NCBI GenBank assembly: GCA_028534125.1
Contig: CM052817.1
Location: 58,220,001-58,284,000, forward strand
Source of the DNA: Lama glama
Taxonomy: Eukaryota
Reading direction: 5' to 3'
Length of the DNA: 64,000 nt
Under the pieces are notes generated by a model that did not search any database, was not told the origin of the DNA, and worked only from the letters and a program-made list of their open reading frames with translations. How positions within the stretch are numbered: the first letter of the stretch is position 1; every line of letters begins with the position of its first letter. Below, piece by piece: positions 1 through 14,631 of this stretch. The translations under genes were made by a program, and so were the position numbers.

Positions 1-1050
1 TCTGACGTTTTCTAGAATGAAAATAAGTAGACTATATGCAATTAGTTTTAGAAATAGAAAGATACCAATCCACTATGTGGATAAGAATGTGGATCACGTA
101 CCAATCCACTATGAAAGCCAAAGTATGGCATCTAAGGCTAAAGGCCCCTAATGTTCATCATATACTGGAAGGAGTAGCCATCTAGCAGTGATTCAGCTTG
201 AAAAACAAAGTTTCCTAGGAAGATACTGGAATTCTCAAGATGAAGTAGATAAATCGAACAGAAATTGTATCAGAGATTAGCACACTACCTCTGGCATTCC
301 CATGAAGACAAATCTTTAGTTAGATTTTTTCTGCTTCTTGCTATACTCTTCTCCAATTTTTTTTTTTCATTATGTGGAGGTATCTGGGACATATCAGGAC
401 ACACCAGCAAAGAGAAATGGTTCCCTATTCAACTGTCTAGTGTGTGGAGAGCTATACCTACCCACCTACTGCTTTTAGCAATTACTGTAATCCCTAGGCT
501 GTGATATGGTAAAATGTTTTAGAAACCCACCCTCTAAATATGACTTGCTCTTTGAAGTAGCTGTGGCTTGTATTAATGTGTGCTAAGAATGAAAAGTGTG
601 TAATGGTTTAAAATTGGGGCATGTGACTTGTGAAATCTAGTAAACTGTTAAGAATTTATTATGAAATCAATCTCTGAGATTTTCTTTGCCAAGGTAATCT
701 AAGCAGAAATTTGAAAATTCTCATGCTATATGAAAATGGTAAGAGTCAAGGGACTTTTTTCCAAGAAAATTTGTAGCAGGGAGGGTCATAAATACTCTTC
801 AGAAGCCCATGTTAAGAAAATATAAAGTAAAAAGGGATTTGCTAAACAATCTGAAGAAAAACAAATTCTGAGGAGATGGTAAAAGGAGATCACAAACTCA
901 CCAAACTTATTAAAGTTATTTTCCATATTTCAAGAATCTGAAGACTGAAAGAGTAAAGCTACTATTCAAATCTGGTGGACAAATTATGATAATGAATCTT
1001 TTGGCCTCTGGAAAACATTTTCCTGAACAAATGATGAAGTCGTATCACCC

Positions 1051-1140
1051 CTATCTCTCCCTCCCTCCCTCTGTCTCCTTTTCTCCTTCCTTTCCTTCCT
1101 TCTCTCTCTCCCCTGCTTTCTTTTATTCTTTTTTTTTTTT
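1051..1140. repeat. CT-rich low-complexity tract ending in poly(T)
   Basis: ctccctccct...ttccttcct...tttttttttt. Confidence 0.8.
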
Positions 1141-4100
1141 AATTCACAAGGGCTAATTGAACTATACACTAAACATGATTCTCTTCTGGATAGAAGAGAG
1201 GGAAGGGAATAGGAAGACTGAGCTGTTCCTTATTACGTAAAGGCTGAACCTTCCCCCTTGATAAATGGGGCTCTGTTTTTGAGGGTCGGGGTCTATGGAC
1301 TCCTAAAAGATAACCAAGAAGGTAGAAATCTAGAGGCGATAAACCGCACCTAACCTAGGACCTCATTTATATTTGCATATAAATTTCCCAAATATCCTCT
1401 AGCCTTCAATGAGAGTTATCAGAGTTTTCCCTTGCCAAGTTAGAAAATTAGAATAAGTAAGCCAGATTCTTCTGACATGTGAGAATGTCTTTAACCTATT
1501 AACCTAAATATTTTATCACACTGGTGGAAGAGCCATTGGAACACTTCCAATAAAGTGGAGATAAAACCTTAGAGTCATGTTTCAGCATGGATTATTATCT
1601 TAGCAGTTTCATTCTTGTTGCTTTGCAAACCATATGGTCACATTACACAGCCCAGTTTTTGTTAAAATTTATTTTGAAATTAAATAGGCCCAAAACATTT
1701 GAAATCATACTGATATTTGCGTAGTATTTTCCATGTTGAAAAATATTTTAAACACAATGATCCTTTTTGCTTACTCAACAAATCTAGCTGTGTGGTAGTA
1801 TGGATGTTAAGAATTTTCTGCATATTTTATGTGTATTTTTGACTATTGCTGATTTGGGTTAAATAGCTTCTCTCTCCCCACTTCCCTAGCCCAGATAATG
1901 CCTTTTATTTACCTCTTAATTAGAAAATAGAGGGAAAAAAAACATAATCATGACTAGTAAAGCATTTCATGGGAATAAATCACTGAAATTCTCAAGTCTG
2001 TCTTTATCTGGGTTAGTTTTTTTCATTACAGTGTTGGAAAGTCTGAAAACTATAAACAGTAACCTGCCCATTCAAAATATATGTATAGATACATAAGTGT
2101 ATGATTACTTCATAATCCTGAACTTTTAAACTTGAACATAAGCAGAATTGTAACTGAGACAGTTTATTCACTGGGAAAAATCCAGCTTGAGTCACCATGG
2201 GGATGCCCATGAGTGACTTGCCTGTTTGGCTGCATTTCACTCTCACAGATTTTGATAGTATAAAAACACTTTATTTCCTAAAACGAATTTTAAAAAAGTA
2301 CTAAGGATGACTGGGCAAAGCATTCTGTTATCAGTAGATACCAGTGTATGAAATCCACATTTATGTCTGCAGTTTTGGGGAACTAAGAACCATATTATCT
2401 TGGTTTTATATTTCCTGAATCAGCTTAATTGCATCGGCATACCAATTAGACTTGAATAAATATGTTTGAATGCTTTTTAGTTGTTGATACTTTGTTATAA
2501 AGCTTTTACTCCAATTTCTCTAAAAGCATTTCTAACTGTGCTTGGTTTATATATTGCTTATCATTTTATATTAATATATGTCATATGCCATGTTTTTTAT
2601 TTTTATGCCTAATAAGAGCACTGTATTGTGTGTCTATTTTTCTTAGTGCTTATTAATGTAAAACGATATAAAAAGTAGCCAATCTTTCTATAAATGAGGT
2701 TAATTGTATATAGATGCATGCATGCATATGTTTTATATATATATGTATATATATTTATTTATTGTTCATAATAGTTAATTTCTATAATACAGCCTAGAAA
2801 ATGAGTGAATTTTAACTTGCTAGCATTAGTATTTTTAAACATTTTAAGTGGTTAAGTAAGTATAAGTACAGATATAGAACCAAAACTTGAGCTTTATAAC
2901 CATTGAAATAATTGATGTTTCAAATGATCATCTCAACTTACCCAACTAACAGCAGGGCTTATCAGCAGGGCTCTTTTACAAATCTCTAAGGCTCCACAGA
3001 CCTACATGCGATGTCTTCATTAGAGGCTGTACTCTTTACACTTCTTGAAGATGACTATTTAAAGGAATTGTGTAATTCATGGAGGAGACCTTATGGGTCA
3101 CTGTATTCCACAAGAGTCAGATTAAGGCCCATTACTCTATTCAGTTCACAATTAGAATCTTGTTGATGCTGATAAGAGTTTTCTATCCAGAAAAAAAGGG
3201 GTAGGTGAGTGCTAAGTGATCAAAGTTACATCAGAGCCTTTGGTATAAGATAGTAAAATGATTGTCATACAGCATTACTATAGGGTTGCTTCTCTCCAGG
3301 TTTGAAAATAAATATCTTTACCTTACCTGGATATTTATTTCCCATATATTTCTCCGCTGAGATCTACTATATGTAACACTGGGAGACCATAATCTAGAGA
3401 CAACACATTATTCTACTGACATTATCTTTCAAGTGAACTTCTATGTGAATCACCTTTCTCACAGAAACTCTAATACTTCATGGAATTTTGTGACTTAAAA
3501 GTATCGCATTGTTGGTGTGACTTTAAAGTCAGATTCCATAGTAGTGTTTTGAAAGATTTTGTTACTTACATACTACTAAGTATTCTCCATTAAATGGAAT
3601 TTGTAATATTTAAGTTAAATCCATTTTATTTTTGATTTATGCTTTCCTTATATTTTGCAAGTTTGTTGTTTGTAAAAGGAAATGAAGCCGTCTTTATAAT
3701 TTCAGTTAAATTGGTGATTAAATGTCAATAAAGCAGAGGAATGATTAGTTTGGGTCATTAAAGTAATTTATAGAATTCTTACACAAATTCCTTGATAGAT
3801 GTTTTCTTTATAAACATTTTTTTTCCAGTGATGATGGTTAACATAACATAAAAAGCAGTAATTCACTTCTAATTAAAAAGAATATTATTTCTCAGGCAGG
3901 GTGAAATTTTGAAACTTTATTTAATTTAAATTCAGTAAGCATTTACTATAGATATATTCCTTCAATCTTAGACAAGGCTGTGTTGCCTCAGAGAAAAATT
4001 TATACTCATTGCACTCAAAGATACCTGCACTCTAGTCCTAAACTTTGTCTCATTCTGATTTCACCCCTTTGCACCTTATGTTCAGCCATTAAACTAGTGC

Positions 4101-4155
4101 AGCACGCAATGCCCAGATCCTATGTGTGTTTTGTTTGTTGACAGGTTTCTTTAGC

Positions 4156-4328
4156 CAGTGGTTATCAAAGTGTGGTCTAGGACCAGAAGCATTAACAACA
4201 TCTGGGAATGTACTAAAGATGCTAAAACTATTATCTCAGACCTACTATTTCAGAAACTGTGGTGTTGAGACCCAATAATGTGTGTTAAAATGCTCTCCAG
4301 GTGATTCTCATGAATACTAAAATTTAAG
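4156..4328. mobile_element. MER5A-like hAT-Charlie non-autonomous DNA transposon
   Basis: cagtggttatcaaagtgtggtc...ctgggaatgtactaaagatgc...agacctact..cagaaact...ctccaggtgattct...aaatttaag. Confidence 0.75.
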
Positions 4329-4962
4329 TCTGACACTTAAAAATATAAATGAATTAAAGAGTTAAACATAAAAGTAAACTCAAATATTTGAAGAGTAGGC
4401 AAAATTTCACCTTCTATTAGAGAAGACAAGACATCAAAGCAAAACACTGAAAAATAGTAAAAGATGTGCATATTTCATATTATATTAAAAAACCATTCAA
4501 AATGTTAAAATATCAAAAATGAAACAGGAAAATATTTAAATATGATAAAGAGCTACATTCTTAACATATGAAGAGAACTACCAAATCAATAAAGAATAAA
4601 ACTCCTTAAGAAAAATAGAAAAATAAATATTTAAAGACAGTTTCCTTCTTTTTATGGCTCTATACTATGAAAGAGATTTTCCATCTATATACTTAGGTTC
4701 CCTAGTTCATCACCATGTGGTAAGGGAATATGCTTTTCATGCTATTACAGAAAGCTTCTAAATTTTCCAGGACTCATATTTGAAAAGGAGGAAATTTTAA
4801 AAAAAATTATTGCAATCAAGAGAGAATGTGCATTTATTTTATAGTGAATTGAAAGAATGTTCTCTTATGAGTTAGAAAGCATGTTTCTGATTCTTGTTCT
4901 GTTGTTTCTTAGCAAGTATTTACCTCATGTTAGCATCCAGGTTCTTCTCTGGTTAGCTTAGA

Positions 4963-5128
4963 TCAGTGCTGTTCAATCTTTATCATGTATCAATGCATCA
5001 GAATCATTTGGAGGTCTTGGAAATTATATAGATTGTGGATGAGACACCCACAGGTTCTGATTAAGCATTTCTGTGAGTGTGACCCAGTAGTTTGAATTTC
5101 TAATGATTTTGTACTTTGAGAACCATTG
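4963..5128. mobile_element. MER5-like DNA transposon
   Basis: cagtgctgttcaa...gcatcagaatcatttggagg...ttctgatt...actttgagaaccattg. Confidence 0.7.
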
Positions 5129-5254
5129 ACTTCAATGATCATCAGTTAGGTCCAGTGCTCTATAGCTGTTGCATCCTATGACCTAACGACAAGTAGATAA
5201 GGAAAGAGAGAAAAGAGAAGTGTATCTTAAGTGTCCAGCCTGAAACAGAATAGA

Positions 5255-6028
5255 CTTTTAAAATTGGGAAGTACAGTTGCTGTACACTATTTTATAAGTT
5301 ACAGTTATACGATATGATGATTCACAATTTTTAAAGATTATATACCTTTTATAGTTACTATAAAACATTGGCTATATTCCCTGTGTTGTACAATATATTC
5401 TTGTACCTTATTGTATACCTCATAGTTCGTACCTCTTGCTCTCCTATCCCTATATTGCCCCTCCTCCTCTCTCTGGTTTGTCCTCTATATCTGTGAGTCT
5501 GCTGCTTTTTTGTTGTATTCACTAGTTTGTTGTATTTTTTAGATTTCATATATTAGTGATATCATATATTATTTGTCTTTCTCTATCTGACTTATTTCAC
5601 TTGGCATAATGCCCTCCAAGTCCACCCATGTTGCTGCAAATGGTGAAATTTTCTTATTTTGTATGGGTCAGTATTCCATTGTATAGATATACCACATCTT
5701 CTTTATATGTTCAACTGTTGGACATTTAGATTGCTTCCATGTCTTGGAAATTATAAATAATCTGCTGTGAACATTGAGGTGCAGGTATCTTTTTGAATTT
5801 GTGTTTTTGTTAAGTTTTCTGAGAAACCTCCATAGTGTTTCCAAAGTGGCTTCGCCAGTTTACATTTCTACCAGCAGTGTACGAGCATTCCCTTTTCTCC
5901 ACATCCTCGCCGGCATTTGTTATTTGTGTTCTTTTTGATAATAGCCATTCTGGCAGGTGTGAGGTGTTATTTCATTGTGGTTTTGGTTTGCATTTTCCTG
6001 ATGATTTGTGATTCTGAGCATCTTTTCA
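5255..6028 (-). mobile_element. LINE-1 3' end (ORF2 C-terminus and 3' UTR), 5'-truncated, older cetartiodactyl type
   Basis: Antisense L1 hallmarks: ccacccatgttgctgcaaatgg, taccacatcttctttat, gccattctggcaggtgtgaggtg. Confidence 0.9.
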
Positions 6029-7559
6029 ATGAATGTTCATCGAATAAGTGAACTCAGTACCTGAAATCTCAAAAACATTGTGGAAACTATTTGTTCTTAA
6101 GTATTCATGCCTTCATTTACTTCATCACTGATAGTCTCCTTCTCCAGTCTGCATCATTTTCTTTCCTTTGCAGAACTATAAATGCATTTATAGTCAGTAC
6201 CACGGTATCATTAACATTTGGCCTCTGGTTTTTTTTGTATTTAATTAATTATATTATAAACTCTATAAGGGCAAGAGGGAGCCAGTTGATATGTTTTGCA
6301 CTTTCTTTTATGCCTAGTACAGACCCCCCACTTTGTAGAAGATTTTGATATAAAGTCTGCCGAATCATTTATTTGCAAACAGATTGATATTCTTTGGAAA
6401 TGTCCTATCTCTGTGTCAGTACTCTTCACCTTGTTTGCTTTTTTGACTTAATTTCTAAAACCGCTATTGCTCTTACTCTATGTGGCCTCAAGTGAATTAA
6501 TCATTGCAGAATGGGAGAGAGACATCTTGAGGACAAATAAACGTAGTGCGATTAGGTACTTGTGCCTCTGGTGGCTGCAGCCATAGTGTGTTGCTGTGGT
6601 GACTTACTAAATGGTACCCTAGTGGCCTGAAAGAGTTCCTAGGCTTCGGAACAGCTTCATTTCTTACCAGGGAGAGATTTACACATCAGACTTTGGTCGA
6701 GCTACACTGATAATAGAAGCAATACAGCCTTTGGGCTGAAATCCAATATATCACTTAGGGTTCTTCCATTAATAAAAATTTTCAAAACTGAGTGAGCCAA
6801 AAACAGAGGCATTTAATGCTATCAAGTTATAATTTAGGAATAAAATGGACTAGTTACTTTTGTAATAGTATGGTATAAGATTGCTATTTTAAAGAGAAAT
6901 AATTAAAACTACCTAAATATTTTATCTTAAGTAATTTATGGTGACTCCCTTTGAGAAATACCTACCATTTAACTGTTTAAACTTTTATGAAGAGTTCGAT
7001 AATATATGAGAAATTGCTTAGAAAATATAATATATATACACTTTATCCGATAATGTAAAAACCATTAGAAAAAAATACTCCTTACTGCTTTGCATTATTT
7101 GCGTGTTATAACTGAGACTCATGCGATTTAAGCACCACAGAATTGTGCAAAGTGAGAATGCACTTTGTGAAGAGTCCCTGCTTTTAAAGATACACTAACA
7201 GAGTACCACTGATGGGATTGGATGCTTCTCATTTTTATATTTTCCTGTATTCTCCATATTTCCCACATTTTCTAAGTTTCAGATCAGAAATGTATTTATT
7301 TTTAAAGGCTGTGTTGCAGAAACACTTTGCTTTCAATATGAAAAAAAGACACATTACTTGTGAGTCAATATTTAATCATAATTTAAGATTTTGGATATCT
7401 GTTTTTCGTTTATCTATTCCGTATTGACTTTACCATTATGATGGTCATTTATTTTGAGTAGCACTTCTTTTCCCTAAAACAAGCAACAAATAAACTAACA
7501 ACAATATTTGAAAAAACAAAAGCAGAAAACAAAAACCCTAGGCATTTTCTTTGTTTCCT

Positions 7560-8210
7560 TTCTTTCTCTCACCCCTCACATCTTATCCATCAGCAATTCT
7601 TCTTGGTGCTCTCCCTAGGATAACCCAGTTCATTACCTTGCTTATCTTTACTGCAACTGTCCAAGCCAGGACACCATCACCTCTCCTTTAAACTATTGTG
7701 GTAATTTCCAATGGGCTGGCTACTCCTATAACCTACTCTCCACAAAGGGATATCTCTTTTAGCTCACTGAAGGGCTTTTACTAGCAGTTGGGATAAAATC
7801 CAAGCAGATTATCATGGTCTAGGAGGCCTTACAGGATCTGGCCCTCTACCTTCCTGACCTGTCTCCTTTCATACCCTCATTCCCTTGCCTCACACTGTTG
7901 CTTGTCTAGATCACACTGGGGCCTTCCCCGGAGGGTTTGTGCTGGATGTTGCCTCTGCATGAAATGCTCTTCCCACTGATCTTCACTCACTTCAAATATC
8001 CCTACCTCCATATTTTCTCCCTTAACATTTTATCAGTTTACTGCAGTTAATTTTTATGTAACATATAGGGCTTACCTAGATGACCTATCTTGTTCATTTG
8101 ATTTCTTGTTTGTTTTCTGTCTACCTCACTGGAATAGTTGCTCCATTAAAACAGGGCCTGGTGTCTCTTACTCTCCTTTGCATCCTGTGTCCCTGCCAGA
8201 CAGTGTGGCT
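7560..8210 (+). mobile_element. LINE-2 3' fragment
   Basis: ccatcagcaattc...caccatcacctctc...ataaaatccaa...gatctggccc...gaaatgctcttccc...cagtgtggc. Confidence 0.65.
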
Positions 8211-9454
8211 CCCATTTTTTAATTATTTGAGGGAGAGAATCCACTAAGCACTTGTGTAAGCTACAGCAGTGATATTCAGACTGTGGTATAATAACCCACA
8301 GAAACTCCTCTTGGCAGACATAGACACACATACCTTTAAGAGAATTGATTTCACAATCCTCAGTGTCCAATTGTGATTTTCCACACAATTTCGTTGCTTG
8401 AGAAGCTTCTGAGATTCACCAGTTCATCTTCTTCACTTTTCCTTTCAGTCTCCCATTCTACAAAAAAGAAAAAAAAAAAGGGCAAACTTCTCACCTCTTC
8501 TGAATCTTTCTAGGATGCATTGCCCAGTCCCTAAAAGTCTCCAGGAAATCAAATGTTTAATTCCTCATGGAGTCCCATGAGCACTTCCTGAAGAAATGCT
8601 GGAGGGGTTGGTGTGTGATTTACATGGAGGCAGTATTCTGAATCATTCTCCTCCTTCCTCCCTCCACCCTCCCTCCTCCTTTTTTTATTAGATTCCATAT
8701 ATGAGTAAGTGAGAATATTGTCTTGGAGTATTAACAGGTCTGTTTCATTATTAAATCTTTTCTTCTGAAGAAGAATCTTCATTGGCTGGTTGGTTTGACT
8801 ATGAAGACTGCTTTCTGCAATTAGATTATAATGAAATACATTTACATATCTTTTCCTTAAACCAAATGAACTAAATATGCTGCTTGACAATATTAATGAA
8901 AATATATTTGAAGCACATACAGAATATATAGCCTGCCAGAAAAATATATCCTCTGCCATATTTAAGTTAATGGAAAAATTGTTAGTGGTTAACTTGTAAA
9001 GTATGCTAAGGATTATATAGATTTTCAGTTCAGTAAAACAAGTTTGAAATTATTGTGTGAGATAATGTGAACAACATAAAATTCTTCAAAATAATCTCAG
9101 CATAAAATACACTTAAATAGAAGAAAAGTAAAAAGAGATCTTGCCTTTCACATAGAATATTCAGGTTTATTATGTCTGTCTTTCCTCATTTCCAGACTAG
9201 CAGTGCAGTTCTTTTCCCTAAGGATTTGTGGAGGGGTGTTATCACACTCTACTCAGATACACACTTACCCAGTTACACTGTCTTAACTTGTAGCTCACAT
9301 AGAAGCAAAGAAGCCTTATTCAGAGAAAATCCTGGAAAGGGTGTTGCTCCTATAGATTTTCCCATTCAAAAGCATCACATTCTTGAGATGGATAGGTTTT
9401 TATTTCAAAATCTGGAAATGGAAAATTTGGATTCATTTTAGGTAATTTTGTAGG

Positions 9455-9690
9455 AATAAAAACAGCTAACGTTTATTGTGTGCTTCCTGTGTGTTGGGCA
9501 CAGGTCTAAGGCCTTAACACACATTAGCTCCTTTAATCCTCTTAATAGTTACTTCTGTTACAGTAGGTGCTGTTTATTTCACACATAGTGACCCTGAGGC
9601 AAAGAGGGAGATTAAGTAGTTTATCTAAAATAAGGAGTGTAGAAGCCAGAATCCAAACCCAGAAAATGTGAATTCAGAAATTTAACCTAT
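9455..9690 (-). mobile_element. MIR SINE
   Basis: agctaacgtttattg...ttaatcctc...ctgaggc..agagg..attaagta...agaagccagaatccaaacccag. Confidence 0.75.
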
Positions 9691-10820
9691 ATATTATACA
9701 GAACAAAGCCAAAATGAGGTATTAAGATGTTGAGAAAAAAACTAAAAAAAAAAAATATTTTTTGAGAAAGCTGTAACCCTCATTCTGTAATCATTCTGTC
9801 ATATTATTATTTATGTGTAATGGGTACTGTATGCTGTCTACACTACATGGTATCGCAATGCCATTATGTGGTTTCTCCACAAGCAAAGCAAGCAGAACCC
9901 ACTAAAGGTTCTTCTTCCAGTTTCCTGGATTACCTTCTGTTTGTTGTACGATATTCTTTCTTCATTTTTTAAAATCTTGGGTGCCTGCTTCCTTCTGGGA
10001 ATATTTACTTACAAATCACAAAATGTTCTTTGATCCTGCTTATGCCCTTGTTTAATATTCGCTCTTGGACTGGTAACTGTTAGCTAAGGGAAGTCTGTAG
10101 GATGACACATTATTTCTCTTTGTCTCACCTCCCCCTCACACTCTTGTTTTTTAACCCAGCACTCTGCACATTCTTTGCTAGTGGGTACTTTTTTTCCTAC
10201 AGAATTCATATTCCTTGTGACCTGAAGAGTCATTTGAAACTCCTCTTGATTTCCTGTCAATGGATCTGTCATTGGACTACCAATTTGGAATATTAAGCCA
10301 TTCCCAGTTATACATTCTTAGGGCAGCAATAACATTAAGAATATTGTTATTCAATATCATATTGTTGTCACTCTATTTTGTGCATTCAGGCAGAAGGATG
10401 TAATTTCAAAATTTGCCTTCAGCATCAGAAATACATGATTCAAATCTCAGCTTTACCTCTCAGACTCCAAATTTCTTTATTTACCTCATAAGAATATTTA
10501 TAGTTACCTAACAAAGTCATTAAGAGGATAATATGAAATAACATATGTAATCGTTAAATACAAAATCACTTCTTCCAGTGATTTGTAACTCAGTTTTAAA
10601 AAAGGCCACATAAGGGAAATAAGAAAAAATTATGTTAATATAGCTTCTTAAAAATAATTTGTATTTTAAAATTATACAAAAATGGTAACAATATTATATG
10701 GATATATCAGATGTTTACAGAGCAAGAGTCTTTGTTTGAAATAAGGACATGTCTCTGGCAATGACAGCACCTCTACTTTTATTTGGATTAGTTAATTCCA
10801 TTGTCAGGAACACTGAGCTC

Positions 10821-11568
10821 CAGTATCGCTAATTATCAGAGAAATGCAAATCAACTACAATGAGGTATCACCTCACACCAGTCAGAACGGCCATTATTCA
10901 AAAGTTCACAAACAATAAATGCTGGAGAGTCTGTGGAGAAAAGGGAACCCTCCTACGTTGTTGGTGAGAATGTAGTTTGGTGCAGCCATTGTGGAAAACA
11001 GTATGGAGATTCCTCAAAAGACTAAAAATGAACTTACCATATGACCCAGTAATCCCACTCCTGGGCATATATCCAGAGGGAACCTTAATTTAAAAAGACA
11101 CTTGCACCCCAATGTTCATAGCAGCATTATTTATAATAGCTAAGGCATGGAAACAATCTAAATGTCCATCAACAGATGACTGGATAAAGCCGTTGTGGTG
11201 TATTTATACAATGGAATACTACTTGACCATAAAAATAATGAAATAATGCCATTTGCAACAACATGGATGTCCTTGGAAAATGTCATTCTAAGTGAAGTAA
11301 ACAAGAAGGAGAAAGAGAAATACTATATGATAATCAGTCATATGTGGAATCTAGATTTGCAGATACTGACTGGTATATATAAAATAGGTAGACAAGTATA
11401 CACTGTGTAGCATAGGGAACTATATTTGATATTTTGTAGTAGCTTATGGTGAAAAAGGATATGAAAATGAATATATGTATGTTCATGTATGACTGAAGCA
11501 TTGTGCTGTACACCAGAATTGACATATTGTAAACTGACTATACTTCAATAAAAAAATTTTTTTAAAAA
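10821..11568 (+). mobile_element. Lineage-specific LINE-1, 5'-truncated, with target-site duplication
   Basis: L1 ORF2 end and 3' UTR (gagaaatgcaaatcaa...ggagaaaagggaaccc...ttcaataaaaaaa). TSD gaacactgagctc 10808-10820 / gaactctgagctc 11569-11581 (1 mismatch). Confidence 0.93.
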
Positions 11569-13689
11569 GAACTCTGAGCTCTATAAATGTTAGTACAGCT
11601 ATTTATTTGTCTTGGAATGAGGGACTTAACCAAGCTAGATTTCAGTTTCTTTATCCTCAAAGAGAAATACACCTTCCAAGGGTTGAATTCTGTGCAGCAG
11701 TCATTCACTGAGGCAGAACTCCCCTTAAATATTTCCAGGATGCAAAATCTCCATCTAGTGGCAACTCAAGTCAGTGCATCACACTTGCTATGAAGTACTG
11801 TAGCTGCAATGGAACCCATTTGGCATAAGCATAGGTCCTTCTCTCCCGGGTTCTTTTTTACTAATTAGTCTATCAAATTAACAGTACATGTCTCAGTATA
11901 ACTTCAGTACCAGTTAGTCATTCCTTGTAGTGGTCTTTGATGCAGGGCCATAGCCTCACAAGAAGACAATTAAGTATATTTAATAGCAAAGTTTAAGGTT
12001 ATTTTTTAAAGAAAGAAATGGACTGAATTTATTATGTCCCCTTTATTATAATATGTTCTATAACTCCTCCTGAAAATAAATAAAATTTTAACTTAAAGCA
12101 ACTTAGGTAACAAAATGTACCTTAATATATTTAATAAAATCTCAGTGTATTTTATGGATCTAGAGTAAATCCATTAATTGTTTTAATATTCGATTTTTCT
12201 ACCAATTTAAAATTTATCTCAACATAATCTGAAATAATTTCAAACTGATACTATATTATATCAGAGGATTTTATTACTAAAATGTGTAAGATATCAGCCA
12301 TTGCCCTTCCCCCCACTAGATTCCAAAAGCTATATCCCTATTCTAATTCATGAATTACAGAGCCCATAATTTTAAATAATAAAAGAAAAAAAATATGACT
12401 TGGTCAGATTCAGGGCTTACAGAAATAAATATGATAAAAGTAGAAGAAACAAATTTGCTGTCATATTTCTTATTTTGTCATATAACCAATAGACTGTGTT
12501 CCCAGATGTGCTTTTGCTCTCTTTTTCTCTCTCTTGTTTTTTGTAAAATACGCTGCGCTATGTCTGTGGCAATAATCTGTGGGACATTGTTTTTATCTTC
12601 CTATCTATGGGACAGTAATAAATCTACTGTCATTAACTTTAAACTAGAAAAAAATGATACTCAGAATGACATTTTGCTAGCAGATGTGTGTGTATGTATC
12701 CTACACTTCACAGATTGCATACAGGTATTTTTAAAAACTTAGAGGGCCTCATAGAATTCATCTATTCAGCTCTCTAATTTTATGAATGAAGAAACAGTCC
12801 AAGAGAAATTATACCCATAGATATATTGTAAAACAATGTCGTTGATGAATGTGATAATTACATATTGAATTCAAAAACACTTAAAAAAAGACAGGTCCAA
12901 AAAAAAAAAAAAAAAGACTTTACTCTTTAAAGGAAGATCTTCTCCACCCTCTGCTGGCATATACATGTAACTGCAGGTTATTTATTATAAACTTGGTTAT
13001 TTACATTTTTAGTTAAAAAAAAAGGAAATCCAGTGATTTTAATATTTAGTAAACAAATAAACCATTATAAATGTCTAAAAGTAGCATGTATTTGAACTGA
13101 GGAAATATAAACTGACTTGTTTGGTTAGTTTACTAGCCTTGGAAAGAATTATATAATGGCATCAATTTATCATTAATGAGAAAAAGTTGTAATACCACAT
13201 GCTTCCAAATCATGATATAACTCAAATTTATTAGCCAACTACATAATATGTGGTGGTTTAATGTTTGTGTTGTTGAACTATTAAGACACTAAAAAGATTG
13301 TGAAAAGCCAGGAACACATAATTTGTGTCTGAACTATCACTGACAACATTCAGATAAGTTATCATATGACAAAGGAATAATGAGTTTTTTTTTAAGATGG
13401 AAATAGTTTTCAATAGCAAAACTAAATAGAATTTGAGCTTTTAGAGAAGTAATTGTCAATTTATAAACATTTGTTTTGGACTGATAGTGACATAAAATAT
13501 GAGTTTTGTGTTAAAAATGTAGGTTCATTAAAAATACAAAGTGTTCATATTAATTTAGGATTCTTAGCACTTCCATAGATCTTATTTATTTAAATATTTT
13601 ATGTTAAAATATAAAAAATTCGATTATTAAAAAACACTCGGTTTATTTTTGTATCTTGTCATATTTGGTCAAATTATTTTTACAAAAAA

Positions 13690-14631
13690 CATTTTCCTAT
13701 GTACTCATTATCTTCCAGAGGCAGCTACTGTTATTAATTTTTGTGTACCCTTCAGGTTACTTTTAAAACATTTACACGCCTCTATTCTTCAGCATTATGT
13801 AATTTTGATAGGCCACATTTTTATACTATATTTGAACTTTTTAAGTTTTAATTATAAAAGTAACACATGAATTCATTTCCATTGTTAAAAGCTTATATTA
13901 CAAACAACATTAATGTCTCCATTGATGCCAACCCCCAGTCAAAAGGATTTTTTTCAAGGATAATTCCTTTTCACACTTTGAAGTATACCCTTCCAGATTT
14001 TTTCCCTTGTATGTACACACATGTGAATTGGTAGAGTATTATCTTTAAAATTTCATAATACATTGTAATTTACATAAAAATGTATCTAGCATATCTTTTA
14101 GCTACTTAATTTTATTAATAGCTTAATAAGTTTTTCTGTCAGTTCATATCTTTTACTTTATGTGGTTAGCTCTTATATATTAAATGCTGTAGAATAGATA
14201 TACCATATTTTATTTTTTAGAGTCTCCTATTAATGGAAATTTAAATTATTTTTAACTGTTATAAACCATCCTTGAATATCTCTATGTGTGTTTCTTTGTG
14301 CAGATGTGTACTATTCTAGGGTAAATGTTGAGAAGTGAAATTATTTAATTTGATATTTTAATACATTATTTTCTACAATGATCCTAACAATTTGGACTCT
14401 TTTGTTAAGTTTCTGTAAGTACCACTACTTTCATCCAAACTTGATATTATTTAGTTTTAAAATTTTATGGGTGAAATATAATATCTATGGTTTTCTTGAT
14501 TAATGATGGAGTTGAATATCTGTTATATATTGACTAGTGATTTGTGTTTCCTTTTCCATGAAATTCCTGTTTGTGTTCTTTGCTATCTTTTTTCCAGTGT
14601 GTTTTCTGTTTCTTACTGGCTTATAGGAGCT
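13690..14631 (-). mobile_element. Ancient L1M (L1ME-like) 3' fragments
   Basis: Degenerate antisense L1 motifs (ccagaggcagctactgtta, ctcctattaatgga, gagaagtgaaatt, ttataggagctc). Confidence 0.5.

Noticed and set aside
1365..1385. Octamer ATTTGCAT (1371-1378)
   Set aside because: A single 8-mer is expected by chance in AT-rich DNA and has no supporting context.
8549..8959. 136-aa minus-strand ORF
   Set aside because: Low-complexity, AT-rich composition with no recognisable protein or splice context. The other short ORFs in the track are likewise chance or L1-derived.
12785..12916. Short segment ending in an 18-nt poly(A) as a retro-insertion
   Set aside because: Only a partial gtccaa repeat, with no convincing TSD or recognisable source.
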